From Thermoanaerobaculia bacterium (lineage in GTDB: Bacteria > Acidobacteriota > Thermoanaerobaculia > Multivoradales > Multivoraceae): a stretch of DNA of 64,000 bases. Shown one piece after another: positions 10,248-23,640 of this stretch. The notes beneath the pieces are model-generated. The model was not told where the DNA came from, did no database searches, and was given only the letters and a program-made list of their open reading frames with translations. Each line of letters opens with the position of its first letter. Position 1 is the first letter of the stretch. Made by a program: the position numbers and the translations under genes. Location of the stretch: assembly GCA_963666565.1 (NCBI GenBank), contig OY762911.1, forward strand, positions 832,001 through 896,000, given 5' to 3'.

Positions 10248-11564
10248 CTACCCCTCCTTCTCCCCGCCGGAAGCCGGCGCCAGACGTTCCCCGGCCCGGC
10301 TGTCGCTGAGCAGCACGGCGACCCAGCGGAACTCCTCCGTGTTCTCCAGCAGGATCTTGACCACCATCGTCAGCGGCACGGACAGCAGCATCCCGATCGG
10401 GCCCCACACCCAGCCCCAGAAGACGAGCGAGAGGACGACCACCAGGGTCGAGAGGCCGAGCCGCCGGCCGAGGAGGGGCGGTTCGATGAAGTTGCCGATC
10501 ACCATGTTGACGACCAGGTAGCCGAGCGCGACGAGGAGCCCGCGGCCGACGCCGATCTCGACCATGGCCAGAAGGGTGGTCGGCACGGCGGCGATGATCG
10601 AGCCCAGGTTCGGGATGAAGTTCAGCACGAAGGCCACGAGGCCCCAGAAGACCGCGAACTCGACGCCCAGCACGCCGACCCAGACGCCGATCAGCAGGCC
10701 GGTGGCCAGGCTGATCACGGTCTTGATCCCCATGTAGTGCTGGATCTCGTGCATGGCGCGCGAGAAGCGGGCCTCGGCGGCGGCGCTGCCGAACGCCGCC
10801 CGCACCTTGGGGCCGAAGGTTGCCGCCTCGAACAGTGTGAAGATGACGATCAGCGAGATGACCAGGAAGGACGACAGGGCGGCCGTCGTCGTGCGCAGGG
10901 TCCGGTTGACGAAGTCGACCAGGAAGCCCGGCTCGAAGCGGGCGAACAGCGCCTGCGAGAGGGAGGTCTCGCCGCCGGCCGCCGACCCCGGGACGTCGGC
11001 GGACAGCGAGTCGGCCGGCGCTTCCGATGCCGCGGCGTCCCCGGACGACGGGTCGGTCGGCGCCTCGCCGTCGACCGCCGCGCCGCCCGCGCCCTGGACC
11101 GCGGCGCCGCCTGCGCCCTCGACCGCCGTGCCGCCTGCGCGCCCGCCCGCGGTTGCGCCCGCGCCCTCGACCGTCGATTCGGCCAGCCAACTGGCGAGCG
11201 GGACGCCGCGGCGCTCCAGCCATTCGCCGCCTTCGTCGATCGAGTTGGACAGAGTGGACTGGACGTCGTCCATCTTGCCCGCGAACTGGTTGGCCGTAGT
11301 GCCGACCAGGTAGCCCGCGAGGGCGAGAATCAGCAGGTCCACCATGATCGTGCCGAGGACCGCCACGATCATCGGCAGCCGGCGCTGCAGCCAGGTCAGG
11401 AGCGGCAGGCTGATCGCGGCGATGAAGATCGCGACCAGGAAGGGGATCATGATGGACGACGCGGCCCGCAGGCCGGCGACCAGCACGACGACGCACGCGG
11501 CGACGACCAGGATCCGGACCGGCGTCCCGTAGGCGCGGATCGGTTCGTCGGGGTTCGCGGCCAT
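10248..11564 (-). CDS. AI-2E (PerM/TqsA) family transporter
   Basis: LNFIPNLGS, GNFIEP, SLVFWGWVWGPIGMLLSVPL; start placed at MAANPDEP because the upstream ORF extension is repeat DNA. Confidence 0.88.
   Translation of the reverse strand: MAANPDEPIRAYGTPVRILVVAACVVVLVAGLRAASSIMIPFLVAIFIAAISLPLLTWLQRRLPMIVAVLGTIMVDLLILALAGYLVGTTANQFAGKMDDVQSTLSNSIDEGGEWLERRGVPLASWLAESTVEGAGATAGGRAGGTAVEGAGGAAVQGAGGAAVDGEAPTDPSSGDAAASEAPADSLSADVPGSAAGGETSLSQALFARFEPGFLVDFVNRTLRTTTAALSSFLVISLIVIFTLFEAATFGPKVRAAFGSAAAEARFSRAMHEIQHYMGIKTVISLATGLLIGVWVGVLGVEFAVFWGLVAFVLNFIPNLGSIIAAVPTTLLAMVEIGVGRGLLVALGYLVVNMVIGNFIEPPLLGRRLGLSTLVVVLSLVFWGWVWGPIGMLLSVPLTMVVKILLENTEEFRWVAVLLSDSRAGERLAPASGGEKEG
11071..11173. repeat. 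In-frame 24-nt tandem repeat (~4 units) inside the AI-2E gene
   Basis: Units start at 11071, 11095, 11119 and 11143, encoding VEGAGGAA-like octapeptides. Confidence 0.7.
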
Positions 11565-11608
11565 GGTGCGATTCGGAGTGTAGCCGCCGAGCGGGCCGCC
11601 AAAGCGGT

Positions 11609-11802
11609 CCGCCGGGTGCGCGGGTCTTCCGACCCGCCCTCCGGGCGGCGCCGCGGAGCGGCGTAGCCCGGACAAGCAGGCCGCCGGCCGAAGGCCGGCG
11701 ACGATGTCGGCGCGGGCTCCAGAGCGGAGCCGGCCTGACGGCCGGCGCGTTCTTCCGGCCGCCTTCGGCGGCAGCGGGTCGGAAGACCCGCGCACCCGGC
11801 GG
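11609..11802. repeat. REPIN/BIME-like element: two inverted REP units with a perfect 29-bp IR
   Basis: 11609-11637 CCGCCGGGTGCGCGGGTCTTCCGACCCGC is the exact reverse complement of 11774-11802. Confidence 0.88.
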
Positions 11803-13746
11803 TCAGGCGGTGGCGGCGCGGTGGTCTTCCACCAGGCCGTCGACGACCGCCGGCTCGGCCAGCGTCGTCGTATCGCCGAGGTCGTCGTACTCGCCGGCGG
11901 CGATCTTGCGCAGCACGCGGCGCATGATCTTGCCGGAGCGGGTCTTCGGCAGGCCGGCGGCGACGTGGATGCGGTCGGGCGTGGCGATCGGTCCGATCAC
12001 GGTACGGACCTGCTGGCGCAGTTCGGCCACCAGTTCGGCCCGGTCCCGGCTCTCCGCCTCCGGCACGATCAGGACGTAGGCGTAGATGCCGACGCCCTTG
12101 ATCTCGTGCGGGCAGCCGACCACGGCGGCTTCCGCCACCGCCTCGTGCGCCACCAGGGCGCTCTCGATCTCGGCCGTGCCCAGCCGGTGCCCGGACACGT
12201 TCAGCACGTCGTCCACCCGGCCGGTGATCCAGTAGTAGCCGTTCTCGTCCCGGCGGCAGCCGTCGCCGGTGAAGTACATGCCGGGATAGGTGCTGAAGTA
12301 GGTCTCGACGAAGCGCTGGTGGTCGCCGTAGATGGTCCGCGCCTGCCCGGGCCAGGAGCGCTTGAGGCACAGGTTGCCGCTCCGGTCGTTCCCCTCGAGC
12401 TCCTTGCCGTCGGCGTCCACCAGCACCGGCTCGATGCCGAAGAAGGGCAGCGTCGCCGAGCCGGCCACCAGCGGCGTGGCGCCCGGCAGCGGCGTGATCA
12501 GGATGCCGCCGGTCTCCGTCTGCCACCAGGTGTCGACGACCGGACACTGGCCGTCCCCGACCACGTCGTGGTACCAGTTCCACACCTCGGGGTTGATCGG
12601 TTCGCCCACCGAGCCGAGCACCCGCAGCGAACCCCGGTCGTACGCCGTAACCCACCGGTCGCCCTCGCGGGCGATCGCCCGCAGCGCGGTCGGCGCTGTG
12701 TAGAAGAGGGTCACGCCCAGGTCGTCCACCACCTGCCAGTAGCGGCCGGGATCGGGGTAGGTCGGCACCGACTCGAACATGACGCTGGTCGCGCCGTTGG
12801 CCAGCGGGCCGTAGACGATGTAGCTGTGGCCGGTTACCCAGCCGATGTCGGCGGCGCAGAAGTGGATGTCGTCGTCGTGGTGGTCGAAGATCAGCCGGTG
12901 GGTCATCGAGGCGTACAGCAGATAGCCGCCGGTGGTGTGGAGCACCCCCTTCGGCTTGCCGGTCGAGCCGCTGGTGTAGAGCACGAAGAGCGGCGCCTCC
13001 GCGTCGAGCCGCGCCGCCGGCGCCGTGGCCCGCTGCTTCGCCGTCTCCTCGTGGAGCCACAGGTCGCGGCCCGGCGTCATCGGCACTTCCGTATCCGTGC
13101 GCCGCGCGACCAGCATGTGCTCGACCAGGTCCAGGCCCTCGATGGCCCGGTCGCAGGTCGCCTTGAGCGGGATCGTCCGGCCGCCGCGCAGGCCCTCGTT
13201 CGCGGTCACCAGCAGCCGGCAACCGGCGTCGACGATCCGCTCGCGCAGGCTGTCGGCCGAGAAGCCGGCGAAGACCACCGAATGCACCGCGCCGATCCGC
13301 GCGCAGGCCAGCATCGTGTAGGCCAGCTCCGGGATCATCGGCAGGTAGATGCACACCCGGTCGCCCTCGCCGATTCCGAGCGAGGTCAGCACGTTGGCGA
13401 CCCGGCAGACGTTCCGCTTCAGCTCCCGGTAGCTGATCCGGCGATAGCGACCGGGCTCGTCCTCGACCCAGATCAGGGCCGTCTTGTCGGGTCGGGCGGC
13501 GGCGTGGCGGTCGACGCAGTTCGTGCAGGCGTTCAGCACGCCGTCCTCGAACCAGGCGAAGTCGACGGCGTCGAAGTCCCAGCGCCCCGCCGACCGCGGC
13601 TCGGTGAACCAGTCGAGCGAGCGGGTCTGTTCGAGCCAGAAGCCGTCCGGATCCTCGATCGACCGCCGGTAGAGCTCGCGGTAGGCCTCCAGGCCGTCGA
13701 CGTGGGCGCGGCCGCTTTCCGCGATGGCGGTCTTGACGGGGATCAT
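11803..13746 (-). CDS. acs: Acetyl-CoA synthetase
   Basis: [34 protein letters not shown]. Confidence 0.96.
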   Translation of the reverse strand: MIPVKTAIAESGRAHVDGLEAYRELYRRSIEDPDGFWLEQTRSLDWFTEPRSAGRWDFDAVDFAWFEDGVLNACTNCVDRHAAARPDKTALIWVEDEPGRYRRISYRELKRNVCRVANVLTSLGIGEGDRVCIYLPMIPELAYTMLACARIGAVHSVVFAGFSADSLRERIVDAGCRLLVTANEGLRGGRTIPLKATCDRAIEGLDLVEHMLVARRTDTEVPMTPGRDLWLHEETAKQRATAPAARLDAEAPLFVLYTSGSTGKPKGVLHTTGGYLLYASMTHRLIFDHHDDDIHFCAADIGWVTGHSYIVYGPLANGATSVMFESVPTYPDPGRYWQVVDDLGVTLFYTAPTALRAIAREGDRWVTAYDRGSLRVLGSVGEPINPEVWNWYHDVVGDGQCPVVDTWWQTETGGILITPLPGATPLVAGSATLPFFGIEPVLVDADGKELEGNDRSGNLCLKRSWPGQARTIYGDHQRFVETYFSTYPGMYFTGDGCRRDENGYYWITGRVDDVLNVSGHRLGTAEIESALVAHEAVAEAAVVGCPHEIKGVGIYAYVLIVPEAESRDRAELVAELRQQVRTVIGPIATPDRIHVAAGLPKTRSGKIMRRVLRKIAAGEYDDLGDTTTLAEPAVVDGLVEDHRAATA

Positions 13747-13777
13747 CCGGCTCTCCTTGACGGCTTCTCGACGATGC

Positions 13778-15367
<1,590 letters not shown>

Positions 15368-15432
15368 CTCAACTACCTCGCCACGGTCGAGCGCGAGCAG
15401 CGGTCCCGCCTCACCGTCCGGGCCACAAGCAG

Positions 15433-15507
15433 TGGCTCCTCGGGAGGGATTCGAACCCCCAACATTTCGGTTAACAGCCGAACGCTCTACCGTTGAGCTA
15501 CCGAGGA
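15433..15507 (-). tRNA. tRNA-Asn (GTT)
   Basis: TCCTCGG TAGCTCAACGGTAGAGC G TTCGG CT GTT AA CCGAA ... GGGGGTTCGAATCCCTC CCGAGGA G CCA; full cloverleaf with encoded CCA. Confidence 0.95.
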
Positions 15508-15550
15508 AGAATCCGCCTCAAGGCAAAGGGCGGCGGGCGACACGGAGAGC

Positions 15551-15580
15551 ATCTTAGGGAGGCTTCAAGCCGACTGTCAA
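15551..15580 (-). promoter_or_regulatory. Sigma70 promoter for tRNA-Asn
   Basis: Minus strand TTGACA-18 nt-TAAGAT. Confidence 0.65.
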
Positions 15581-15597
15581 ACCGTCCCGGACGGCCG

Positions 15598-17313
<1,716 letters not shown>

Positions 17314-17322
17314 GACACCTCC

Positions 17323-19158
17323 TCAGCGCTCCGGCCGCCCGTAGATCTCCCGGCTGAGCTGCTGCTTCTCCTCGATCATCCGGTGCAGGGTCTCCATGTC
17401 GCCTTCACGCTGTGCGCGCTTGATCTCCTCCGCGAGCAGGTCGCGCCGCTGTTTGGCGAACCGCCGGCCGAGTTCGGCGAGACTGACCCGAAGCGATTCC
17501 GAGTCCCATTCCGATTCAGCGTCCGATTCCGATTCCGATTCCGAGAAGGCAGACGACCGTTGTAACAAAAGCCCGGCGATCCGGTCAACAGGTCGACCGG
17601 TCTCGTCGTCGGCGCCGCCGCGGCGGGCGAGGACGTCCACCAGGGCGCCGGTGTCGATCCGTTCCGCGCCGGCCCGCGCCTGCACGCGCATGGCGCCGTA
17701 GATCACCCGGAGGGCCGGGTCGAAGAACGCGTCCGGTTCGGGCCAGTCCACGCCATCGAGCGCGGGGGCGGCGGCGATCAGCCGCAGCACCTGTTCCTCG
17801 ATCGACGAGGTGTCCGGCGGGCGCGGAGCCGGCGCCGGGCGGGCCGAGTCCTCCGCGGGCGGGCGCTCGGCGGCCGCGGCCGACTCGCGCAGCAGCACCT
17901 CGACCTTGACCCCGAGGCGCTCGGCGGCGGTCTCGAAGTAGCCCCTCTTCACGATCGGGTCGCCGACCCGGTCGATCAGCGTCCGCACCCGCGCGGCCTC
18001 GCGCGCCCGCAGCCGGGGGTCGAGTTCGCCGCGGCTGGGCAGCTCGTCGATCTCGAGCGCCACCGCGTCCCGGGCGTCGGCGACCGTGCCGCGGACGGCC
18101 TCCGGCCCCTCGTCGAGCCGCAGGGAATCCGGATCCTGGCCGGCCGGAAAGCGGGCGCGGCGGACGTCGAGCCCGGCCTCGAGCATCAGCGCCGCCGCCT
18201 TGCGCGCCGCCTCAATGCCGGCGCGGTCGCCGTCGTAGCCCAGGATCACTTCGTCCGTGTAGCGGGACAGGAGCTTCACCTGCTGCCCGGTGAGCGCGGT
18301 GCCCATGCTCGCGACCGCCCAGTCGATGCCGGACGCCGCCGCCCCCAGGACGTCGAAGTAGCCCTCGACCAGCAGCGCCCGGCCCTGCTCGCGGATGCCG
18401 CGGCGCGCGGAGTCGAGTCCGTAGAGCAGGACGCCCTTGCGGAAGTGGTCCGTCTCGTTCGTGTTGACGTACTTGGCCTGGTCGTCGCCGAGGGTGCGCC
18501 CGCCGAAGGCCAGCAGGCGGCCGGAGGGCGAGCGAATGGGGAACATCAGCCGGTTGCGGAACCGGTCGTAGGGACGGTCCGGCGCCTTCGGGCTGCGGGC
18601 GATCAGCCCGGCGGCTTCAAGGTCGGGAACCGGGATGCGCCGGCCCAGATCCTCGATCATCGTCCGCCAGTCGTCGGGCGCGTAGCCGATGCCGAAGCGG
18701 GCGACGAGTTCCGGCGGCGCCTTGCGCCGGCGGAGGTACTGCTGAGGCAGGGCCTCCGTCCTGAGCTTCGCCCGGAAGAAGTCGTAGGCGGCGTCGAGCG
18801 CGGCCTGAATGCGCTCGGAGCGGTCGCGGCGGGCGTCGGCTTCCGGGCCGGACGCCCGCCGCAGGGGGATCCCGTAGCGATCGGCCATGTGCTCGACGGC
18901 GGTGGCGAAGGTGTCGCCCGTGAGTTCCATGTGCAGCTTGAGGGCGTCGCCGCCGGCGCCGCAGCCGAAGCAGTAGTAGAGCTTGCGCTCGGGGTCGAGC
19001 GAAAGCGACGGCGTCTTCTCCTTGTGGAAGGGGCAGAGCGCCACGAAGCGCTGGCCGCGGCGCTCGACCTTCGTGTGCTCGCTGGCGAGGTCGATGATGT
19101 CGATCGCCTCGCGCACGGCGTCCAGCGCCTCGTCGGTGAAGCCGGACTGCGGTTGCAC
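17323..19158 (-). CDS. dnaG: DNA primase
   Basis: CPFH...CFGC zinc finger, DRFRNRLMFPI, KYVN, VEGYFD and YDGD TOPRIM motifs. Confidence 0.95.
   Translation of the reverse strand: MQPQSGFTDEALDAVREAIDIIDLASEHTKVERRGQRFVALCPFHKEKTPSLSLDPERKLYYCFGCGAGGDALKLHMELTGDTFATAVEHMADRYGIPLRRASGPEADARRDRSERIQAALDAAYDFFRAKLRTEALPQQYLRRRKAPPELVARFGIGYAPDDWRTMIEDLGRRIPVPDLEAAGLIARSPKAPDRPYDRFRNRLMFPIRSPSGRLLAFGGRTLGDDQAKYVNTNETDHFRKGVLLYGLDSARRGIREQGRALLVEGYFDVLGAAASGIDWAVASMGTALTGQQVKLLSRYTDEVILGYDGDRAGIEAARKAAALMLEAGLDVRRARFPAGQDPDSLRLDEGPEAVRGTVADARDAVALEIDELPSRGELDPRLRAREAARVRTLIDRVGDPIVKRGYFETAAERLGVKVEVLLRESAAAAERPPAEDSARPAPAPRPPDTSSIEEQVLRLIAAAPALDGVDWPEPDAFFDPALRVIYGAMRVQARAGAERIDTGALVDVLARRGGADDETGRPVDRIAGLLLQRSSAFSESESESDAESEWDSESLRVSLAELGRRFAKQRRDLLAEEIKRAQREGDMETLHRMIEEKQQLSREIYGRPER
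17494..17544. repeat. In-frame (CGATTC)n hexamer repeat in dnaG
   Basis: About 8 degenerate hexamers encoding SESESESDAESEWDSES. Confidence 0.7.
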
Positions 19159-19207
19159 GACCGGTCATCCTACAGCGGCGGACGACGGGTTGGCGCCGGG
19201 CGGCGAT

Positions 19208-19414
19208 GGCGGTGGACGTACCCGCCCGTCCTGGGTCAGGAGGGGTCCGCGCCCAGCTGACGCGCGCGCTCGAGAGGAGAAGGGAGGGGTTGCGCTTGCT
19301 CCGCTTCACTCGCTCCGGTTCGGTGGCGGTGAGTGCTACGTTGTCGGCCGTCGCTCGTTCAGAGGCACCTGGGCGCGGACCCCTCCTGACCCGACTGGGC
19401 TGGACGTCGGTGCC
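19208..19414 (+). repeat. ~210-nt palindromic dispersed element, copy A
   Basis: Homologous to 41610-41820 and 43317-43527; 27-nt inverted arms at 19233-19259 and 19366-19392. Confidence 0.9.
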
Positions 19415-19507
19415 TGGGACCAGGCACGGGATCTCCGACAGGCTGGGCGGCATCAGGAATGTTCGCAGCCGCAGGGCTGCGCTGTCGCGCAGGGAACCGA
19501 CCGTTTG

Positions 19508-19585
19508 CTGGGTGCGCGGGTCTTCTGACCCGCTACCGGCGTAGCCGGCCGGAAAATCGCGCCGGCCGCAGGCCGGCTCCGCTCG
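19508..19585 (+). repeat. REP unit plus conserved downstream hairpin module
   Basis: CTGGGTGCGCGGGTCTTCTGACCCGC at 19508-19533; the following GGCCGGAAAATCGCGCCGGCCGCAGGCCGGCTCCGCTC closely matches the reverse complement of ~11722-11760. Confidence 0.8.
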
Positions 19586-19619
19586 GGCTGGTGCCCCTTT
19601 GGCGCGGTCGGCGGCCGCG

Positions 19620-22184
19620 TTAGCGCAGGCGGACTTCGGTCGCGCCGTCGCCGCCGGCGGAGGGGGGCGCGGGATTGAAACCGGCGACGGCCGGGTGGTC
19701 CCGCAGGTGCTCGCGAACGGCCCGGCGAAGGCGGCCGCTGCCGTGGCCGTGGACTACCCGGACGCGTTCGCGGCCGGCGGCCAGAGCCTGATCGAGGTAG
19801 GCGTCGAGGGAATCGAGCGCCGGTTCGACCTGTTGGCCGATGAGGAGGAGTTCCGCCTCAACCGGGTCGGCCTGCGAACGCTGGACCTGGACCCGGCCGG
19901 GCGCCGGGCGCTCGCCGCCGGCCACCGCCACGAGGTCGGCGCTCGGCGTCCGGACGCGCTTGCCGCGTACCAGCACCGTCGCGCGGTCGCCGCGCAGGTC
20001 CTGGAGTTCGCCCTGCCAGCCGAGCGAACGGTGGCCCACGCGGGCGCCGGCGACGAGGGGACGCCGCGGCGCCCCCGGCGAAGCGCCGGCGTCCGTCGCG
20101 TCGGAAGCGAGATCGCCCGCCGACTCGGAGGTGCGCTCAGTTGCCGCCTCGGAGGCGCGGTTGGCCGCGGCCGATTTGTCGCGGTCGAGCTCTCCGTGCA
20201 GGGAGGCGGCCGCGCGGGCGAAGGCTCGCTTGCCCGGGCGCTGTCTACCGGGTCGCTTGGGCGTCGATGCCAACTCGGCCAGGGCCTCGTCCAGCCGGCG
20301 GCGGTTCGTCCGCCGCAGAGAGTCGACTTCGCGGCCGAGGGCCCGGTCGAGCCGCCGCCGGGCCCCCCGCAGCGATTCCTGCCGGGTCTCGAAGCGGGCG
20401 CGGGCCGCCTCCGCCTCGCCGGTCAGCCGGCCTAGCTCGGCCTCCCGCTCCAGCAGCCGCTCGCGGAGCCGCTCGTTGCGCTCCAGCACGCGCCGCAGCT
20501 TCTGGTGCTCGGAGCCCAGGAAGTGCTCGGCCCGCTCCAGCCAGGCCGGCGGCAGGCCGAGCCGGCGCGCCAGCGCCAGCGCCTGGCTGCCGCCGGGCGG
20601 GCCGAGGGCCAGCCGGTAGGTGGGCAGGCCGTTCTCCGGGTCGAACCCCATCGCGGCGCAGGAGGCCGCCTGCGATTCCAGGGCCGCGGCGGCGAGCTGG
20701 GTCAGGTGCGTCGTCAGGATGCCGAGCGAACCGCGTTCGACCAGCCCCTCCAGCAGGGCGATGCCGAGGGCGGCGCCCTCCTCGGGGTTCGTGCCGGCGC
20801 CGACCTCGTCGAGCAGCACGAGGGCGCCGGGTCCGGCGCGCCGCCACACTTCGCGCAGGCGCAGCAGGCGGGCGCTGAACGTCGACTGCTCGTCCAGGAC
20901 GCTCTGCTCGTCGCCGACCACCGCCACGACGTGGTCGAGGATCGGCAAGCGGCTCTCCGGCGCCGCCGGAACCGGCAGACCCGCCTGGGTCATCAGGCAC
21001 AGCAGCCCGACCGTCTTCAGGGCGACCGTTTTGCCGCCGGCGTTCGGACCGGTCAGGACGAGGGTCCGGTGCTCGTCGAGCTTCAGGTCGAGCGGCACGA
21101 CGGCGCCGCGGTTGCCGGCGGCCCCCAGCGCCTGTTCCCTGCGGTCGGCGAGCCGCGGGTCGAGCAGGGGGTGGCGGGCGGAACGAAGTTCGAGCAGAGG
21201 AGCGGCGCCGGCCGCGTCGTCGTCCGCCGCACCTGCCGCGACCCCCGCCAGCGCCGCGTCGACCTCGGCGGCGAAGCGCGCCGCCGCCTGCATCGAGTCG
21301 ACGGCGGCCAGGTGGTCGATGCGCGCGACGATCGCGGGGGCGAGGCGGCGCGCCTGCGCCGCCAGTTCGGCCAGGATGCGCGTCCGCTCGATCTCCCGGT
21401 CGGATGCGATGCGCTCCAGCTCGTCGTTGCCCTCGACCGTCTCGGCGGGTTCGAAGTAGAAGCTCCTGCCGGAGGCCGAGCGGCCGCGGACGAGCCCGGC
21501 GAGCCGTCTGCGGCTGCCCGAGGGCAGCAGCACGGACAGGCGGCCGCCCCGCATGGGGGTCGAGTCGTCGGCGAGGGCGTGGCCGTGGCGGCGGACGTAG
21601 GCCTGAAGCGAGGCTTCGACCGAGGCCTGGGTGCGGCGGGCATCCCGGACAAGCGTCCGTAGCCGCGGCGTCGCATCGTCCCGCACCTCGCCGCGGCGGT
21701 CCAGCATGCGGCGGAGCCGGCTCGCCAGCCCGGCGCAGCCGCCGCCCGGCCGGCCCGCCGCGGCGGCATCGCCGGCGCCGGAGTCCCCGGCGCCGGCCTC
21801 CATCAGGCGCAGGGCCTCGACCTCGGCGGCGCAATGCGGCGTGGCGTCGAAGCTCTCGAGCCGGGCCAGGACCTCCTCGCTGGCCTCGACGGCCGCCGCC
21901 AGGTCGAGAAGCTGCGGTCCGGCCAGCCCCCGGCCGTCCCCCTCGAGATGGCCGCGCAGGTCGAGCAGCCCGTCGAGCGACGGCGCGAGCGCCCCGCCCC
22001 GTTCGACCTCGCCGGCGATCTCGGCGTAGCGGACCCGGCGGCGCTGGATCTCCTCGACGTCGGTCTCCGGCTCGATGGCCCGGACCGCCCGGACGCCGGC
22101 GTCCGTCGACGCGAAGCCGGAGAGGACGGCGAGCAGCGACGGAAACTCGAGCGCCTCGGCGGTTGCCGCGCTGCAGCAGCTCAC
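19620..22184 (-). CDS. mutS2: Endonuclease MutS2 (Smr domain)
   Basis: ARHPLL, TGPNAGGKT, STFS, LLDEVGAGTNPEEG, C-terminal Smr VHGHGSGRLR. Confidence 0.9.
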   Translation of the reverse strand: MSCCSAATAEALEFPSLLAVLSGFASTDAGVRAVRAIEPETDVEEIQRRRVRYAEIAGEVERGGALAPSLDGLLDLRGHLEGDGRGLAGPQLLDLAAAVEASEEVLARLESFDATPHCAAEVEALRLMEAGAGDSGAGDAAAAGRPGGGCAGLASRLRRMLDRRGEVRDDATPRLRTLVRDARRTQASVEASLQAYVRRHGHALADDSTPMRGGRLSVLLPSGSRRRLAGLVRGRSASGRSFYFEPAETVEGNDELERIASDREIERTRILAELAAQARRLAPAIVARIDHLAAVDSMQAAARFAAEVDAALAGVAAGAADDDAAGAAPLLELRSARHPLLDPRLADRREQALGAAGNRGAVVPLDLKLDEHRTLVLTGPNAGGKTVALKTVGLLCLMTQAGLPVPAAPESRLPILDHVVAVVGDEQSVLDEQSTFSARLLRLREVWRRAGPGALVLLDEVGAGTNPEEGAALGIALLEGLVERGSLGILTTHLTQLAAAALESQAASCAAMGFDPENGLPTYRLALGPPGGSQALALARRLGLPPAWLERAEHFLGSEHQKLRRVLERNERLRERLLEREAELGRLTGEAEAARARFETRQESLRGARRRLDRALGREVDSLRRTNRRRLDEALAELASTPKRPGRQRPGKRAFARAAASLHGELDRDKSAAANRASEAATERTSESAGDLASDATDAGASPGAPRRPLVAGARVGHRSLGWQGELQDLRGDRATVLVRGKRVRTPSADLVAVAGGERPAPGRVQVQRSQADPVEAELLLIGQQVEPALDSLDAYLDQALAAGRERVRVVHGHGSGRLRRAVREHLRDHPAVAGFNPAPPSAGGDGATEVRLR

Positions 22185-22217
22185 GAGCGCGGCGCAACGA
22201 ACTCGCTGCGTCGACTC

Positions 22218-22427
22218 CTACGCGAGGCCGGCGCGGCGCTCTTCGGCCAAGCGGCGAAGCATCTTCTTGCGCGCCTGCATGACCTTGCGCTTCCGCTTGA
22301 CGGACGGCTTCTCGAAGTGCTGGCGCTTCTTGAGCTCCGTCAGGATGCCCTCCTTCTCGCACTTCCGCTTGAAGCGGCGAAGCGCGTTCTCGAAGCTCTC
22401 GTCTTCGCGTACCTGCACGACCGGCAT
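22218..22427 (-). CDS. rpsU: 30S ribosomal protein S21
   Basis: [42 protein letters not shown]. Confidence 0.95.
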   Translation of the reverse strand: MPVVQVREDESFENALRRFKRKCEKEGILTELKKRQHFEKPSVKRKRKVMQARKKMLRRLAEERRAGLA

Positions 22428-22514
22428 GAAGTGATCCCGTTCCTTCGTTGAACCGCGGGCACTCGCCCGTACCGCCCGGGGCCGCCGACGCACGACTGCC
22501 CGCAAGCGGAGCGC

Positions 22515-22543
22515 ATTCTGCACGACCCGGCCCGCCGCGTCAA
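22515..22543 (-). promoter_or_regulatory. Candidate sigma70 promoter for the rpsU operon
   Basis: Minus strand TTGACG-17 nt-CAGAAT. Confidence 0.45.
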
Positions 22544-22626
22544 GGGCGGGACGAACCCCGGCGGCGCGTCCTCGCGCCACCGGCGTCGTGTCCGAGCGCC
22601 CGTCCGCGGGCGATCGGATGTCTCGC

Positions 22627-23418
22627 CTACTCTTCTTCCGTCTTGCCTTCGACCGCGTTCGCGTCCGTGCGGTAGACCTTCCGGTCGCCCTCGCGGAAGA
22701 AGACGCCGGCCGCGGCGCCGTCGCCGTGCTCCTCGGGATTCTTGGGGTAGAACCAGGCGAACACGTTCTCCGCGTCGAACTCGCGGACGTTGCGGTGGAA
22801 GACCTTGCCGAGGAGAGCCTCGACCTCCGCCTCGGTCATGCCCCGCTTGACCTCCGCCAGCCGTTCGGCGGTGATGTAGCGCGCTTCCTGGTACTCGGCC
22901 AGGCGCGCCTGGAGATCGGCGTTGTCCGGATCGACGCCGAGGGCCCGCTCCAGCATCTCGACCGCCCGGCGGTAGTCGCCGCCCTTGACCACGTACTCCT
23001 CGGCGATGTACATGTCCTCGGCGCTCTTCATCGCGAAGGCGGCCTGCTGCTCTTCGGTCATCTCGCCGCCAAGTTCCCACTCGGCCTCGTTGATGTAGTT
23101 GACCAGCTTGGTCGACAGGGCGTCGCCGTCGGCGCCGATCTCGTTGTCGAGGGCGTCGGCCTGCGCGGTCAGCGCCTCGACGTCCTCGTCCTCGCCCGGA
23201 GCGGCGACGCGGGCGCGAAGCCCCGCCAGTTCGTCGCGCCTGGCGTTCAGCGCGGCCTGCTCTTCCTGGAGTTCGGACCATGCGTCGGCGCGCGCGGCGG
23301 CGACCCGTTCCTCCTCGGAGGGGCCGCAGGCGACCAGTGCGACGAACAGGAAGACGACCGAAACGCCGGCGGCGAACCCCGCCCGGCCCGGCCGCCCGAT
23401 TGGAGTGGATCTCGACAT
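22627..23418 (-). CDS. Lipoprotein with coiled coil, TPR-like repeat and SmpA/BamE-like C-terminus
   Basis: GGAGG RBS; lipobox LVAC; [20 protein letters not shown] (TPR-like); [15 protein letters not shown] (SmpA/OmlA-like). Confidence 0.7.
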   Translation of the reverse strand: MSRSTPIGRPGRAGFAAGVSVVFLFVALVACGPSEEERVAAARADAWSELQEEQAALNARRDELAGLRARVAAPGEDEDVEALTAQADALDNEIGADGDALSTKLVNYINEAEWELGGEMTEEQQAAFAMKSAEDMYIAEEYVVKGGDYRRAVEMLERALGVDPDNADLQARLAEYQEARYITAERLAEVKRGMTEAEVEALLGKVFHRNVREFDAENVFAWFYPKNPEEHGDGAAAGVFFREGDRKVYRTDANAVEGKTEEE

Positions 23419-23640
23419 TCTGGCGCCTCCTTGGTCCGCTTCTTGGGTGCCGCGGACTATACCCCAAGGCGGGCCGGCATCGGAGGCGCGCGGCGCGGAA
23501 ACGGCGCGCCCCGATTCCCGGCGCGGCGCCGGGGAAGCGGGAGGCGGGGAGCGGGCGCCGCGGAACGACGCGAGCGAGACCCGCGGCGACGCTCGCGCCC
23601 GGGTGGGGCTATACTGCCGCACTGCGCTCGGGGGCCCTGG

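Noticed and set aside
15582-15595. Identical 14-mer hairpin CCGTCCCGGACGGC just after the rpoD stop and the rodA stop (33523-33536)
   Set aside because: GC-rich 14-mer matches are expected by chance in 64 kb of this composition, and there are only two copies.
19206-19544. Small protein family encoded by the ~210-nt element (similar ORFs in all three copies)
   Set aside because: Starts, stops and lengths differ between copies, there is no RBS, and conservation fits base-pairing better than codons.
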